Origin: Stramenopiles sp. TOSAG23-6
Taxonomy: Eukaryota
Length of the DNA: 35,501 nt
NCBI GenBank assembly: GCA_900128565.1
Contig: LT635943.1
Coordinates: forward strand, 1 to 35,501
Direction: 5' to 3'
The position numbers and the translations under genes were made by a program. A model generated the notes under the pieces. It was not told the DNA's origin, ran no database searches, and saw nothing but the letters and a program-made list of their open reading frames with translations. This document shows, in pieces, positions 1-9,813 of the stretch. Numbering within the stretch: position 1 is the stretch's first letter; each line of letters begins with the position of its first letter.

Positions 1-60
1 GAAGAAGAAGAAGAAGAAGAAGAAGAAGAAGAAGAAGAAGAAGAAGAAGAAGAAGGAGGA
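1..60 (+). repeat. (GAA)n microsatellite, truncated at window start
   Basis: About 18 perfect GAA units from position 1, decaying into GGA. Confidence 0.95.
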
Positions 61-317
61 GAATCTTTCACCAAGGTAGAGTAAGGAAACAGAGGAAGAA
101 GATGAACAACAACAACAATAAATGAAATTCTGATCTTATTTGAAGATAGAATAAAAAAGATGCGAGAATACATTATAAAGTTTATTACAGTGGAGCCTTG
201 AGAATACTAGTTATAAGAAAACATTAGCAAAGAAAATTTTCCTTGCCGTGTTTTCTCTCGCATTTTCTCTATATAAGATATACTCTCTTATTATAAAGTA
301 TATCCTTCATTTATTAC

Positions 318-395
318 AATAGAATAAACCAGATACTTTATTCAACCGTAACCCTAACCCTAACAAAAAAATAGAATAAACCAGATACTTTATTC
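318..395. repeat. 26-bp direct repeat flanking a short telomere-like (CCCTAA) tract
   Basis: AATAGAATAAACCAGATACTTTATTC at 318-343 and 370-395; the spacer is AACCGTAACCCTAACCCTAACAAAAA. Confidence 0.9.
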
Positions 396-582
396 TATAT
401 CAGTAATATCAATAACAACCCTACTAGTGCCCGCTCCTCTGGCAAAATTATCTTGACGTAGGTCATCCATCATCAATTTTTATCAATTCAAATGGGTATC
501 TTGGTGTAAACCCGTTGTTTGTTCAACATTCTTTCAACACCTGTGTAAACTTTCAAGTACTGAGTGTCTTGTTTTCCCTATA

Positions 583-1239
583 ATGGGACAAGGTCCACCA
601 TCATCGTCATCAACAGGAGCCGTTTTGTTCGAAAGAGCAATATCTGCAGAGGAGACTGATCACACAGGAAAATGGATGGTGAATATCAAGTGGAATGGCA
701 GTGCTACCCTCATAATTGGTTGCAACGTTGTCAGCTGGAAAGGCACACACGCAACGTTTGAATCTGGAGATGCAAAATGGTCGATAAATAGCGATGGTAG
801 TGCCCGTCTTACCTGTCGTTTTTTTGTCCCTTGGCAGACAAGCGCATGGACTCAACAGGTTGGCCTTGATGAGTGTCTAGAGCTCACATTTCAAAATAGA
901 ACAGCAAGCGGATCATTTCGAAGGACTGGTGAGGGTGGACTACCTGCGTCTGCAAACTGGATTGGTAGGGACTCATCAGCAGGACCACGACTTCGCACTG
1001 CGCTAGAAAACGACCGCGTCAACCAGGAGGAAATGTGCCCAATATGTTTTGATGAATTTGACACCGCAGAAGTGAGGAAAGTTTTGACTCCCTGCCAGCA
1101 CGCTTTTTGCATTCGTTGTGTTGTTTCCGCTCTGGCTATTAGACCACCTACAAACCAAGGCGCATGTCCCCTATGCCGTAAACAGACACATGTCGGCGAT
1201 CTGTACTACGAACACAACAAGCAGTTTGTGATGCAGTAA
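583..1239 (+). CDS. C3HC4 RING-finger protein (putative E3 ligase), 218 aa
   Basis: C-terminal CPIC...PCQHAFCIRC...CPLC RING motif; intronless ORF. Confidence 0.8.
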   Translation: MGQGPPSSSSTGAVLFERAISAEETDHTGKWMVNIKWNGSATLIIGCNVVSWKGTHATFESGDAKWSINSDGSARLTCRFFVPWQTSAWTQQVGLDECLELTFQNRTASGSFRRTGEGGLPASANWIGRDSSAGPRLRTALENDRVNQEEMCPICFDEFDTAEVRKVLTPCQHAFCIRCVVSALAIRPPTNQGACPLCRKQTHVGDLYYEHNKQFVMQ

Positions 1240-1292
1240 GTAATCATATTGTTACAGAGGGACTTATTGACTTGTATAAAAATCGCTTTTAT

Positions 1293-2469
1293 TTAATCAA
1301 ATCCTTCAACGTTTTTATGTTTTACAACATATCCACCCATATCTCCAGAACCCTGTTCGACAGTGTATGCCCAGTCTTCAAATCCTTTTACATGAAGTTT
1401 ATCTTTTGAAAGCCCTGAGTCTTCTTCTTGAAGTTTAGCAGGATGACTTGAACCACATTCATCTCCATACACTGACATAGCACGTCTATATGTATTTTAG
1501 AAAAATATTTCAAAAAAAAATCGTTACGTACAAAATTTCGTACGAAAAAAAAATCGAATTTGAAAAAAAATAAAACATACATATTTTTGAAAAAAAATAA
1601 AACATACATATTTGTTCACTTAATCCGAACATTGGGGTCGGTTGACCAACTCTCTTTGACATTTGATCACCAATATTAAGATCTTTACAATGAAGCTTGA
1701 TTTCAAATCCTGGATCGAAACTTTGGTTATACATTAGAGGAACTTCAGTTTCAAATACATATGAGTTTCCCGCCGAATATCTAACACCATCAAAAAATTT
1801 ACGTAAATCTACACCAGATTTTTTTGCTAACATTGCAGCTTCCCCAGCAGCAATAAGGTGGACTCCGGCTAACTGATTTGTAATAATTTTAACAACAGAC
1901 GCTGCTGGAGTATCTCCCATCCGCAGAACTGTGTTTGCATAACACTTCATCAAAGGTTCCCATTGATTTGATAGGGTCTCATCACCCCCAACTAAAACAG
2001 TCATCATTCCAGCTTGTAATAATTGCAACCCACCTGTTAATGGTGCTTCAAGAGAAGGTATTCCTTTGGCTTTAGCCAACATATGCAGTCTTGTTGACTC
2101 ATCTGGATCTGTGGTTGTATGATCTATCCAAGTTGTTGCACCATTTGAGTCTGCAAGAACATCCAGTAAACCACCAAAATCAGTACCCTCGCCTTCCATA
2201 ACTAGGCGAACATGAGGAGGAGCAGGCAAAGCAGTGATCAAAACATCAGAACCAGTTGCTGCTAAAGACGGAGTATCCACCCAAGTTCCACCTGCAGTTT
2301 GTATTTCCTCGCGATTTTTGTTTGATACGTCAGTCACCAAAACTTCGTGACCTTCTTTGAGCAAATTAATTGCCACGGCACGCCCGATTTGGCCTGCACC
2401 AACAACACCAACTTTTAATGAAGATGTCGCAATTGAAGACAAACAACGAGATATACACGGAGAGAGCAT
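1293..2469 (-). CDS. NAD(P)-dependent beta-hydroxyacid dehydrogenase (3-hydroxyisobutyrate dehydrogenase/tartronate semialdehyde reductase family); exons 2469-1610, 1491-1293
   Basis: Motifs VGVVGAGQIG (Rossmann), EAPLTGG, VKIITN and KDL. Removing 1492-1609 gives in-frame ...EQIYRRAMSVYGDECGSSHP... (352 aa). The N-terminus resembles a mitochondrial transit peptide. Confidence 0.85.
1492..1609 (-). other. Non-canonical intron (AT...AC, or GT...AT if shifted 2 nt), 118 nt, with duplicated 5' end
   Basis: Sense strand: CAAAT|ATGTATGTTTT...TTCGTACGAAATTTTGTACGTAAC...AAAATAC|ATATAGA. Removal restores the frame. Confidence 0.85.
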
Positions 2470-2572
2470 GGTATTCAATATTGTCCAAATATTGTGGAAT
2501 TAATAGTAGGTAGTACTTTCGTAAGACTTGTGTCTTGATCGTCGTCTTCTGAGATTTTTGACCGAATGGTTG

Positions 2573-2582
2573 GTTACCCGGT
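2573..2582 (+). promoter_or_regulatory. GTTACCCGGT intergenic motif (Reb1-like), copy 1
   Basis: The identical 10-mer also occurs at 8021-8030 and 27911-27920, each upstream of gene starts. Confidence 0.5.
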
Positions 2583-2865
2583 AATCACCCAGTCAATTAT
2601 TTTTTTTTGTCGTGATGTCCAACACGAACAACAACAACAAGTTCTCCAAACCTACTATACGTATACGTACACCTACCAAGGTTTGTTGTTGCGGATATTG
2701 TTCATCACTGACCTAATATCATTATAGTCAGATTGCCAATCGAGTCGTAGGTACATTTTTATTGACGTTCATAGCAAAGACTTTGTAGCGCACCGGAAAA
2801 GATTGTAAAGCAAAACGCTGACTTCAAGGTTCTCCACGTTACATTACTTTATAGTATTAAATATA

Positions 2866-3285
2866 ATGAATACTTCTGCAGTATCCGCCGCAACTCGCCT
2901 GTATACCCCTGTAACTCCGCATCTATCCACTGAATCATTCGAAGGTGCCTATCAAGATGAAAAATTTGTTGGTGAAATTATTCACCTCAAAGATAGTTGC
3001 TTTATTTGGTTGGGTCTTCCGACTGACATTCCATGCTTTTCAACTCTTGTTTCTGCGGTCAAACTGAATGGTCTAAATAGTTCTGTCGCAGCTACTTCAT
3101 TATTTTGTGCCGGGAGTTCTAGCTTGGATACAACTACTTGTGAAACACTTGGAAGTAGGATAACTGTGAAGACAGGAAAGCATACAACTATATCGTGTAA
3201 CTTACCACCTACCACTTCACCGAGTCTCGTTAAAATGGCAGAGAAAATAATAATAAGTCGTCTTAAAGAAAAGTCTATTCAGTAA
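2866..3285 (+). CDS. PSMG4: Proteasome assembly chaperone 4 (PAC4)
   Basis: 139 aa with the PAC4-type pattern LKDSCFIWLG...ATSL...LGSRITVKTGKHTTISCNLP...AEKIIISRLKE. Confidence 0.75.
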   Translation: MNTSAVSAATRLYTPVTPHLSTESFEGAYQDEKFVGEIIHLKDSCFIWLGLPTDIPCFSTLVSAVKLNGLNSSVAATSLFCAGSSSLDTTTCETLGSRITVKTGKHTTISCNLPPTTSPSLVKMAEKIIISRLKEKSIQ

Positions 3286-3373
3286 AATTTTAAATTTATG
3301 AACTATTTCATTTTGTTAACAAAATTTGCTTGTACTATTTTAGATGATATATATTCCAGTGACTTGATACTAA

Positions 3374-5275
3374 TTAAAAAAATCCACTAAGTGCGCTTTT
3401 TTCTGATTTTTCATCTTTGGAACGCGTAAATCTATTAGCAGTAGAGTCGCGATGTTTTCGTATTGCAGCGTCTCGTTCCTTGGCTAATCTCTCTTGCTTA
3501 AGCTTCCCTGTTGTATCTTCTTTCTCACGCTGAAGTTGAGCCATTCTGTTGACAAGACCAGACGTAGCATTACCATCCGCAGCTTCTCTCTTTTGCCTTT
3601 GTACTTCTTTCTGCACTGCTGTGAGATCTTTATGAAGTTGTCGAATGTTCCAAACACCAGTACCAGTATCATAGTATGCAGAAAGGTCTTCATCTGTTGT
3701 GTATGAATCTAGTGATTTTAATAATTGCCACTGTAACTCAGGTGAAATCTTTGTGAAATCTATTTTTTCTGGCGGAATTTTTTCCTCTGTACTGTCAATT
3801 GTATCTTCTTCTTCTTCAGGATGTAACATTCTCCACGATTCATAATTTGGATGTTCTTTATGAGATTCTCTTCTATTTTCACACAACCAACTATTAAGTT
3901 GTGTTTCGGATAATTGAGAGGGTGGTGGTTGATTTTCTATTATCTGCCATTCTTCATCAGTTCGCTCTATCTCCACATCGGCAACAACCATAGCTTTTGT
4001 TTCATTCAACACATCACCATATAAGTCATCATCTTCATCATCATCATCATCACTAAAAACAACTTCTAATGGATTTGAATTCTCATTAAGAAACGAATGA
4101 ATTCGATCTCGGACTAAACTCATCATTTCTTTACCTTCCACCTGACAATGTGTACCATGAAAACAACATATAAATGCATGAACATCAAATACTGCTTGTA
4201 AAGAACCATCTTTTAAATTGCGAAACACTAATGAAGGTGTCGTATGTGTTGAACTCCAACGGGTTGGACCTGTGTTGCTGGAAAAATATTGTTTTACTCT
4301 ACATTCGTTAGGTACAAAATTTAGTATGAAAAAAAAATAAATTTAAACATAAAAATGAAAACATACCACATCCTGACACTCCTCGCTCCCAATCCTGTAC
4401 CTCTAATTCAGCGTATATATCAGAAATACGCATATCATGTGTTAGACGAGCAGTACCAACTTTTGCCCCTGTACAACAAACTAAACACCAACACTTTGCA
4501 AAAATAGTATCTGATGAAAAACGAGGAGCATCGAACCATCCAGTTGGACAACAGGGGAAACATTTACCTGTTTGTACCATATTACTAGTGCTTCTACATC
4601 GAATACATTCTCCAAATGTTTCACAACAACTATAACTAGTTTCTTCTATAGTGCATCTATCGTTTACTTTATCGAAAGTTATAGTTCGTGAAGGAGGAAC
4701 ACAACAACCACAACAAAAAGAAATCCAGAAAAAGAAAAATGTATTTTCTAAAAANATTTNAAAAAAAAAAAANCTAAANTTTGTTAGGTACAACATTTCG
4801 TATGAAAAATAAATTCGAAATTGAAAAAAAAATAAAACATACATACAAGCCACCACCAAGAGTTACCACCGAAACCCTCTATTGCATCGCGGTCTACATA
4901 TGTATGGTTTAACATAAGTGATGCATGACCATTACTAAATAAAGCAGAATTCAAAGCTTGAAGAGCTTTCCATTGTTGTGCTTCGCCATATTGTGGAGAC
5001 CAAGAAATTTTGTCTCCCATGTTAAAAGCAATGAGCCCATAGATCGACATGATGAACCAGAGCCATAAGATGAACCATATTAGTTCGGACAGGATTTTTG
5101 AAGAAACTGGATGCGTCTTGATTTCAAGTACTTCAAGATTCTGTGAAAATTCAGCAGTTTCCAGGAAAGCCCACTTATTATCAGTATGAGGTCTTGAAAC
5201 ATTTGTATCGGTTGGTCGCAAATGCCGAAACTCTGGATGGGTTTTGGCGTATCGCTTTCTAATAAATTTTCTCAT
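3374..5275 (-). CDS. Hypothetical membrane protein with Cys-rich middle and acidic/coiled-coil C-terminus; exons 5275-4845, 4740-4367, 4269-3374 (start uncertain)
   Basis: Three ORF-track fragments join in frame once introns 4741-4844 and 4270-4366 are removed; hydrophobic helices lie in exons 1-2. Confidence 0.7.
4270..4366 (-). other. Canonical GT-AG intron of the same sequence family, 97 nt
   Basis: Sense strand: TGTG|GTATGTTTTC...TTCATACTAAATTTTGTACCTAAC...CAACACAG|GTCCA; phase 1, in frame. Confidence 0.85.
4741..4844 (-). other. Non-canonical intron (AT...AC / GT...AT), 104 nt
   Basis: Sense strand: CTTGT|ATGTATGTTTT...TTCATACGAAATGTTGTACCTAAC...AAAATAC|ATTTTTC; joins WWWLV to FFFFWIS in frame. 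Contains Ns. Confidence 0.8.
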
Positions 5276-5650
5276 CTGATAACTAGCATAGTAAATAATA
5301 CAGAAAAAGTAGCATATACACACAATATAGTCAGATTTCTCGAAATAGTCTTATATAAACATGTAAAAAGCAGAGAATTGGCGGTACTCTTTAAATAAGA
5401 AGAAGGTATAGTCGCGACATCACATCATTGATTGATCGTTTTTTGTCAATTTGAATCCGACAGACCTGTTTTCGTTTTTGTTTAAAAGAAGAAAAAACTG
5501 TGTTTTTCAAACTGGATGAAGCTCTCTTCTTCTGCTGCATACACACACACAAACTCTCTCTCCGTCGGGGTATTATTACGGTGTGTATCTCTGGTGTGGT
5601 GGTTATTCGTCCTTGAAGTTTCCAAAGTAGCTGTATAATTAAAAGATCAA

Positions 5651-7773
5651 ATGTCAGGATATGTTAGACGCTCAGTTCGACGTCCAGGTAGTCAACAGTT
5701 GGAACGGAGTGATGTGAAACGACTTATTCACCTTATTAAGAACAACGACCGGTCCATTAAAGTACTTCGCCTGAAAAACTTTTTATTAGCTGAACCGAAC
5801 CAAGTAGTTATTGAGGCTGTTCTGGATGCACTCTATGACAACGCCGTGGTTGAAGTTCTATACATACAGAATTTTATACATTGTATTTACTACAAAGATA
5901 TTGTAATAATGCTCACTCAACACTGCTCTTTGTCACTCACTTTTATATACTTATTTCACAAATATTACGCACATTATATGAAAAGGCAATGTTAGATCCA
6001 CAGCTTGAAAAGCTCGCTAAAGTCCTTAGACGAGGGAGAATCTGGGCTGTTAATGTAGGTGAAAACTTTAGCATATCTAATAAAGCATGGGCTAAATTTG
6101 CTGAGGAGTTGCAGTTCACAAATATTACACATATGTATGCGAATAGTGAAACAACACTTCCTCCAGAAATAAAACTTCGTATGCGTAATGTAATACGGAA
6201 TAATCGTAAAACAGATCGACGACATCGTTCTTTACAGCACTATGATGTAATTAAAGAAATTGGTCAGATGTGGTGGAATCCGAGACTTCCAATTTGTCGT
6301 GCTTTGGCAAGAAATTCAAAAGTAGCTTGTTGGTCATGTTATAGTAACATTGCTTGCGACACTATCATGCACTGTTCTGGATACGGCTGTCAAGCTCAGT
6401 ATCATTTAGACTGTTTAGAAAAGGATAAAATTTTAAGATTTCAGTCAATGAAAAATGAAGATAAAACTTCAAATTCAAATGATAAAATAAATGTTTTGAC
6501 TTCAAAACCTGCAGAATCTACTTTATTGATGTCAAAAAAGGATAATAAATGGTTTTGTAGTTTCTGTCTAGATAATAAAATATCAAAAAAACGAGGAAGA
6601 ATTTCTACTATATCTCAAGAATCAAGAAATAGTTATAAATCAAAAAATGCACGAAATGAAAGAAACAATGATAAGTTTTTGAGTATATTAGTAAAACGAT
6701 GCTCAACTCTAGGTCGACGAATTATTGTACGCATGACAGACAATGAGGAAATAAACACAATTAACAGTAGTAGGAACTCACAAAAAAGTATAATTAAAAA
6801 AAGTGATAAAACAGAAAAATCCTTTATTGGAAAATGTCAATTCCGTAAAAAAACAGTCAATGTATCTCTGAAAAATAGCAAAAAGACAAATAATCAAAAT
6901 TCTTTTCAAAACAACAACCATAGTTATGTAAATAATTGGCGTATTGGTCATATAATTCGTCAGAAAGGTCGTTGTGGACCCGTTTTAGTACATTTTCCNG
7001 TCCAAAATAAAAAAGCGAATAAAAAGTCTAAAAAATCTTGTATTGAAGAAAAGTGGATTTACTTAGATGGACGTGATAGTTTTAGTTATTGTATTGGTAC
7101 AGAATTCGTTTGGGCAAAGTTATCTTTCAAAAATGGATATCATACCCTCTCAAATGTAGATGATATTGAAACAACAGATCATATATGGTGGCCAGGTGAA
7201 GTATTTTCTTTTTCTGAAGATTGTTGTGCTGAAGTAAAGAAAGAACGCAATGGTGAAAAATTTATTGTTTTATTTGGAAAAAATGACAATTTTGATAAGA
7301 ATAATCAATGGAAGACTTCAATGTTATCATGTATACCTAACATTTCATCATGTATCTTACCAATGCATTCTACTTGTACTACAATGAAAAATCAATCAAA
7401 TAATTTGGAAATAGAAATTATCAATGAACATATTTATTGTAAAAATAATGAAAATAATGAAGCATGGATTGCAGCACTCAATCAAGCAAAACATGAACTA
7501 GGTGTACAATACAAACTACAACAAAATCAAATTGCTGCTGAAAAGTTACGTCAAGCAGGTGAAATTGCTAAAAGTTCTACACCGAACAAAGTTTACCATA
7601 GTACTTCAAGGTCTACAGAAAATGGACCACCAAGTCCTGGACATGCAAAAAAAAGGAGAATTCAAAATGATGAAATGGTTGCTAGAGCTCTCGCATTTGC
7701 TGATCGTTCACTGCAAGAAAGACAAATTGCAACACTTGCATCCACCAAAGCCAGTTTAAAAAAACAAAAATAA
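5651..7773 (+). CDS. Putative chromatin protein: LRR-like N-terminus, PHD-like finger, PWWP-like segment; one intron at about 5876-5979
   Basis: Overlapping ORFs 5651-5995 and 5881-7773 need an intron. PHD-like CWSC...HCSGYGCQAQYHLDC...WFCSFC; PWWP-like EFVWAK...WWPGEV. Confidence 0.7.
5876..5979 (+). other. Probable non-canonical intron, boundaries ambiguous
   Basis: The frame changes between LYIQNF and EKAMLDPQ across an AT-rich stretch. In-frame solutions include 5876-5979 (AT...AT) and 5883-5974 (GT...AT). Confidence 0.55.
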
Positions 7774-7825
7774 TAAAGCTTTGTGCTGCCGACGAACAAA
7801 AAATAATAAAGCTTTGTGCTGCCGA
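7763..7825 (+). repeat. Tandem duplication of about 30 bp spanning the stop codon
   Basis: AACAAAAA(A)TAATAAAGCTTTGTGCTGCCGA occurs twice. Confidence 0.85.
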
Positions 7826-8020
7826 TGACATTTGTCTTCAAGACTTTTGTTGAATCCAATAGTAAATATAATATCAACTTTAAAAAAATCCTTTAAAATG
7901 TCTTTATAAAAAAGTTATATATAATATGAAATTTCTAATTTATGTTTTGTAAATGATGATGGAGGAAAAAAAGAAAAGTTAAAATTTTCATAAAAACAAA
8001 AAAAAGGTTCAAAAATTTGT

Positions 8021-8030
8021 GTTACCCGGT
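8021..8030 (+). promoter_or_regulatory. GTTACCCGGT intergenic motif (Reb1-like), copy 2
   Basis: About 100 nt upstream of the PUS10 ATG; identical to 2573 and 27911. Confidence 0.5.
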
Positions 8031-8122
8031 ACTTTATAGTCAGCTTTTTTCTCACAAAAAAGTCACCATAATATTCGAAATGCTTTTTATATATTTGTGA
8101 AATTGAGAGTGTATTTACAATT

Positions 8123-9670
8123 ATGACTTCACCCTCAAATGTTTCACTTGCAGATACTGCTGCAAAGTTGGGTTGTTGTCCAGCTTGTGTCTTTAGATTA
8201 ACGGCATCTTCCTCTAGTCTTTCCAATACGTCTTTTATTACGCCAGTAGATCTATCTACCTCAGATCAGCGTTGTATCGCGTGTCTTGGATTGCTACAAA
8301 AGCCAATGGATGAAATTGTGGCTCTTGTAAAAGACAAGGTTGTACAAGGAGGATACAAGCTTAACAAGAGTATTGTCGTTGATTTTTCATTACCCCCTTC
8401 GATATTAGTTCGAGAGTTTAGCATATGGCTCCAACTCGCTAAGACTCATGGCTCATCAGTATGTGGAGCCCCTCCAAGTTCATCGTCCTATTCCAGTCTT
8501 CGCTGTTTGAAACTTGCTATTCGAAATCGACTGAACCCATTATTAGCTAGTGCATTGGGTGTACCTGTAAGAGTTGCTTTAAGGAAACCTGCAGACAATA
8601 AAAAAGATGTACCTGTGGGTCAATTTAATATTCATATATTATTTGACCACTCAAAATCACAGGCTGAGTGTGTAACTATAAACCCTAAAAAATCTGATAA
8701 TAATCAAAAAAGAAGTCGTAAACGTAGACGTATTGAAACTACACCAAAAGATACAATTGCATCTGTTGTAAAAAACTTGCGTAATTTTGGTATCATGGTT
8801 GTTCAAAAAGGTATAGATGCTGTAATAGCTATGCCTGGTTTCAACTCGTCTCTAGTTGTAGTAGATGAGGCTCCTTCTTATGATATTGTTCTTTCTCGCA
8901 GCCCTATATATTTGATGGGTCGTTATATGAAGTATGCTCGTGGAGTGAGTCAATCGCCATGGTTTATTGATAATAAAAGAATGGCTGATACCTCAGTTCA
9001 TGAACTAATTGCAATAGCACCACTCAATCATTTTGGCGTAGACAAAGATTCATGTAAATTTCATACTGCAGGTCGAGAAGATGTTGATGTTCGTATGCTT
9101 GGTCGTGGTCGTCCTTTTGTTCTTGAGATTTTAAATGCTAAGCATGCATCCTGTACCCCGAGTGATTGTGTGAAATTAACTGATGAAATCAATGCATGTG
9201 CACCTGCTGAAGCTGTAGTGTCGACTGTAGATCATAAGAAATACAATGGTGCTGTTCAAGTACGTGATTTTTGTTTGTCGTCTCTTGCTGCATTTGATTT
9301 ATTAAAAGCTGGAGCTGAGTCAAAACGAAAGACATATTCTGCAGTATGTTGGATATCTAGAGATATTTCACAGGAAGAATTAAATTCAAAATTAGCAACA
9401 CGTAAAGATGTTTCTGTAAAACAATTGACACCTATCAGAGTCATGCATCGACGTACGGTTATGGTAAGAGATAAAATTGTTTATAATATTCAATGTAAAT
9501 TCATAAATAAGCGATGGTTTGTTTTAGAACTGGAAACTTCTGCGGGAATGTATGTTAAAGAATTTGTTCATGGAGATTTAGGTAGAACGACTCCCAATGT
9601 TGCTTCGATATTAGGCAATGACTGTAAATGTGATATCATCCAATTAGATGTTATGGAAGTACTGATGTAA
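8123..9670 (+). CDS. PUS10: tRNA pseudouridine synthase Pus10
   Basis: Hallmark motifs GRYMKYARGVSQSPW, AGREDVDVRMLGRGRPFVLE, QLTPIRVMHRR, AGMYVKEFVHGDLGRTTP, LDVMEV. Confidence 0.95.
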   Translation: MTSPSNVSLADTAAKLGCCPACVFRLTASSSSLSNTSFITPVDLSTSDQRCIACLGLLQKPMDEIVALVKDKVVQGGYKLNKSIVVDFSLPPSILVREFSIWLQLAKTHGSSVCGAPPSSSSYSSLRCLKLAIRNRLNPLLASALGVPVRVALRKPADNKKDVPVGQFNIHILFDHSKSQAECVTINPKKSDNNQKRSRKRRRIETTPKDTIASVVKNLRNFGIMVVQKGIDAVIAMPGFNSSLVVVDEAPSYDIVLSRSPIYLMGRYMKYARGVSQSPWFIDNKRMADTSVHELIAIAPLNHFGVDKDSCKFHTAGREDVDVRMLGRGRPFVLEILNAKHASCTPSDCVKLTDEINACAPAEAVVSTVDHKKYNGAVQVRDFCLSSLAAFDLLKAGAESKRKTYSAVCWISRDISQEELNSKLATRKDVSVKQLTPIRVMHRRTVMVRDKIVYNIQCKFINKRWFVLELETSAGMYVKEFVHGDLGRTTPNVASILGNDCKCDIIQLDVMEVLM

Positions 9671-9813
9671 AATAGTAAGCAATAATAAATTAGATTAGCA
9701 ATAATAAATTAGATGTTATGGAAGCATCAATGTAAAATAGTAAATAGTAAGTAATAATAAGCAATAATAAATGTGATTTCAAAATTATTTTTTTTTTGTC
9801 AAATTTCTAAAGT

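Noticed and set aside
1486-1607. Canonical GT-AG alternative using TATAG just downstream of the AC
   Set aside because: It enters the wrong frame (VLCQCMEM...) and loses the family-like C-terminus YRRAMSVYGDECGSSHP.
5276-5430. Stop-codon reassignment to extend the membrane-protein gene upstream through a TAA
   Set aside because: TAA terminates many conserved genes here (RPL3, OAT, PUS10, RRM1), and no in-frame stops occur in conserved exons.
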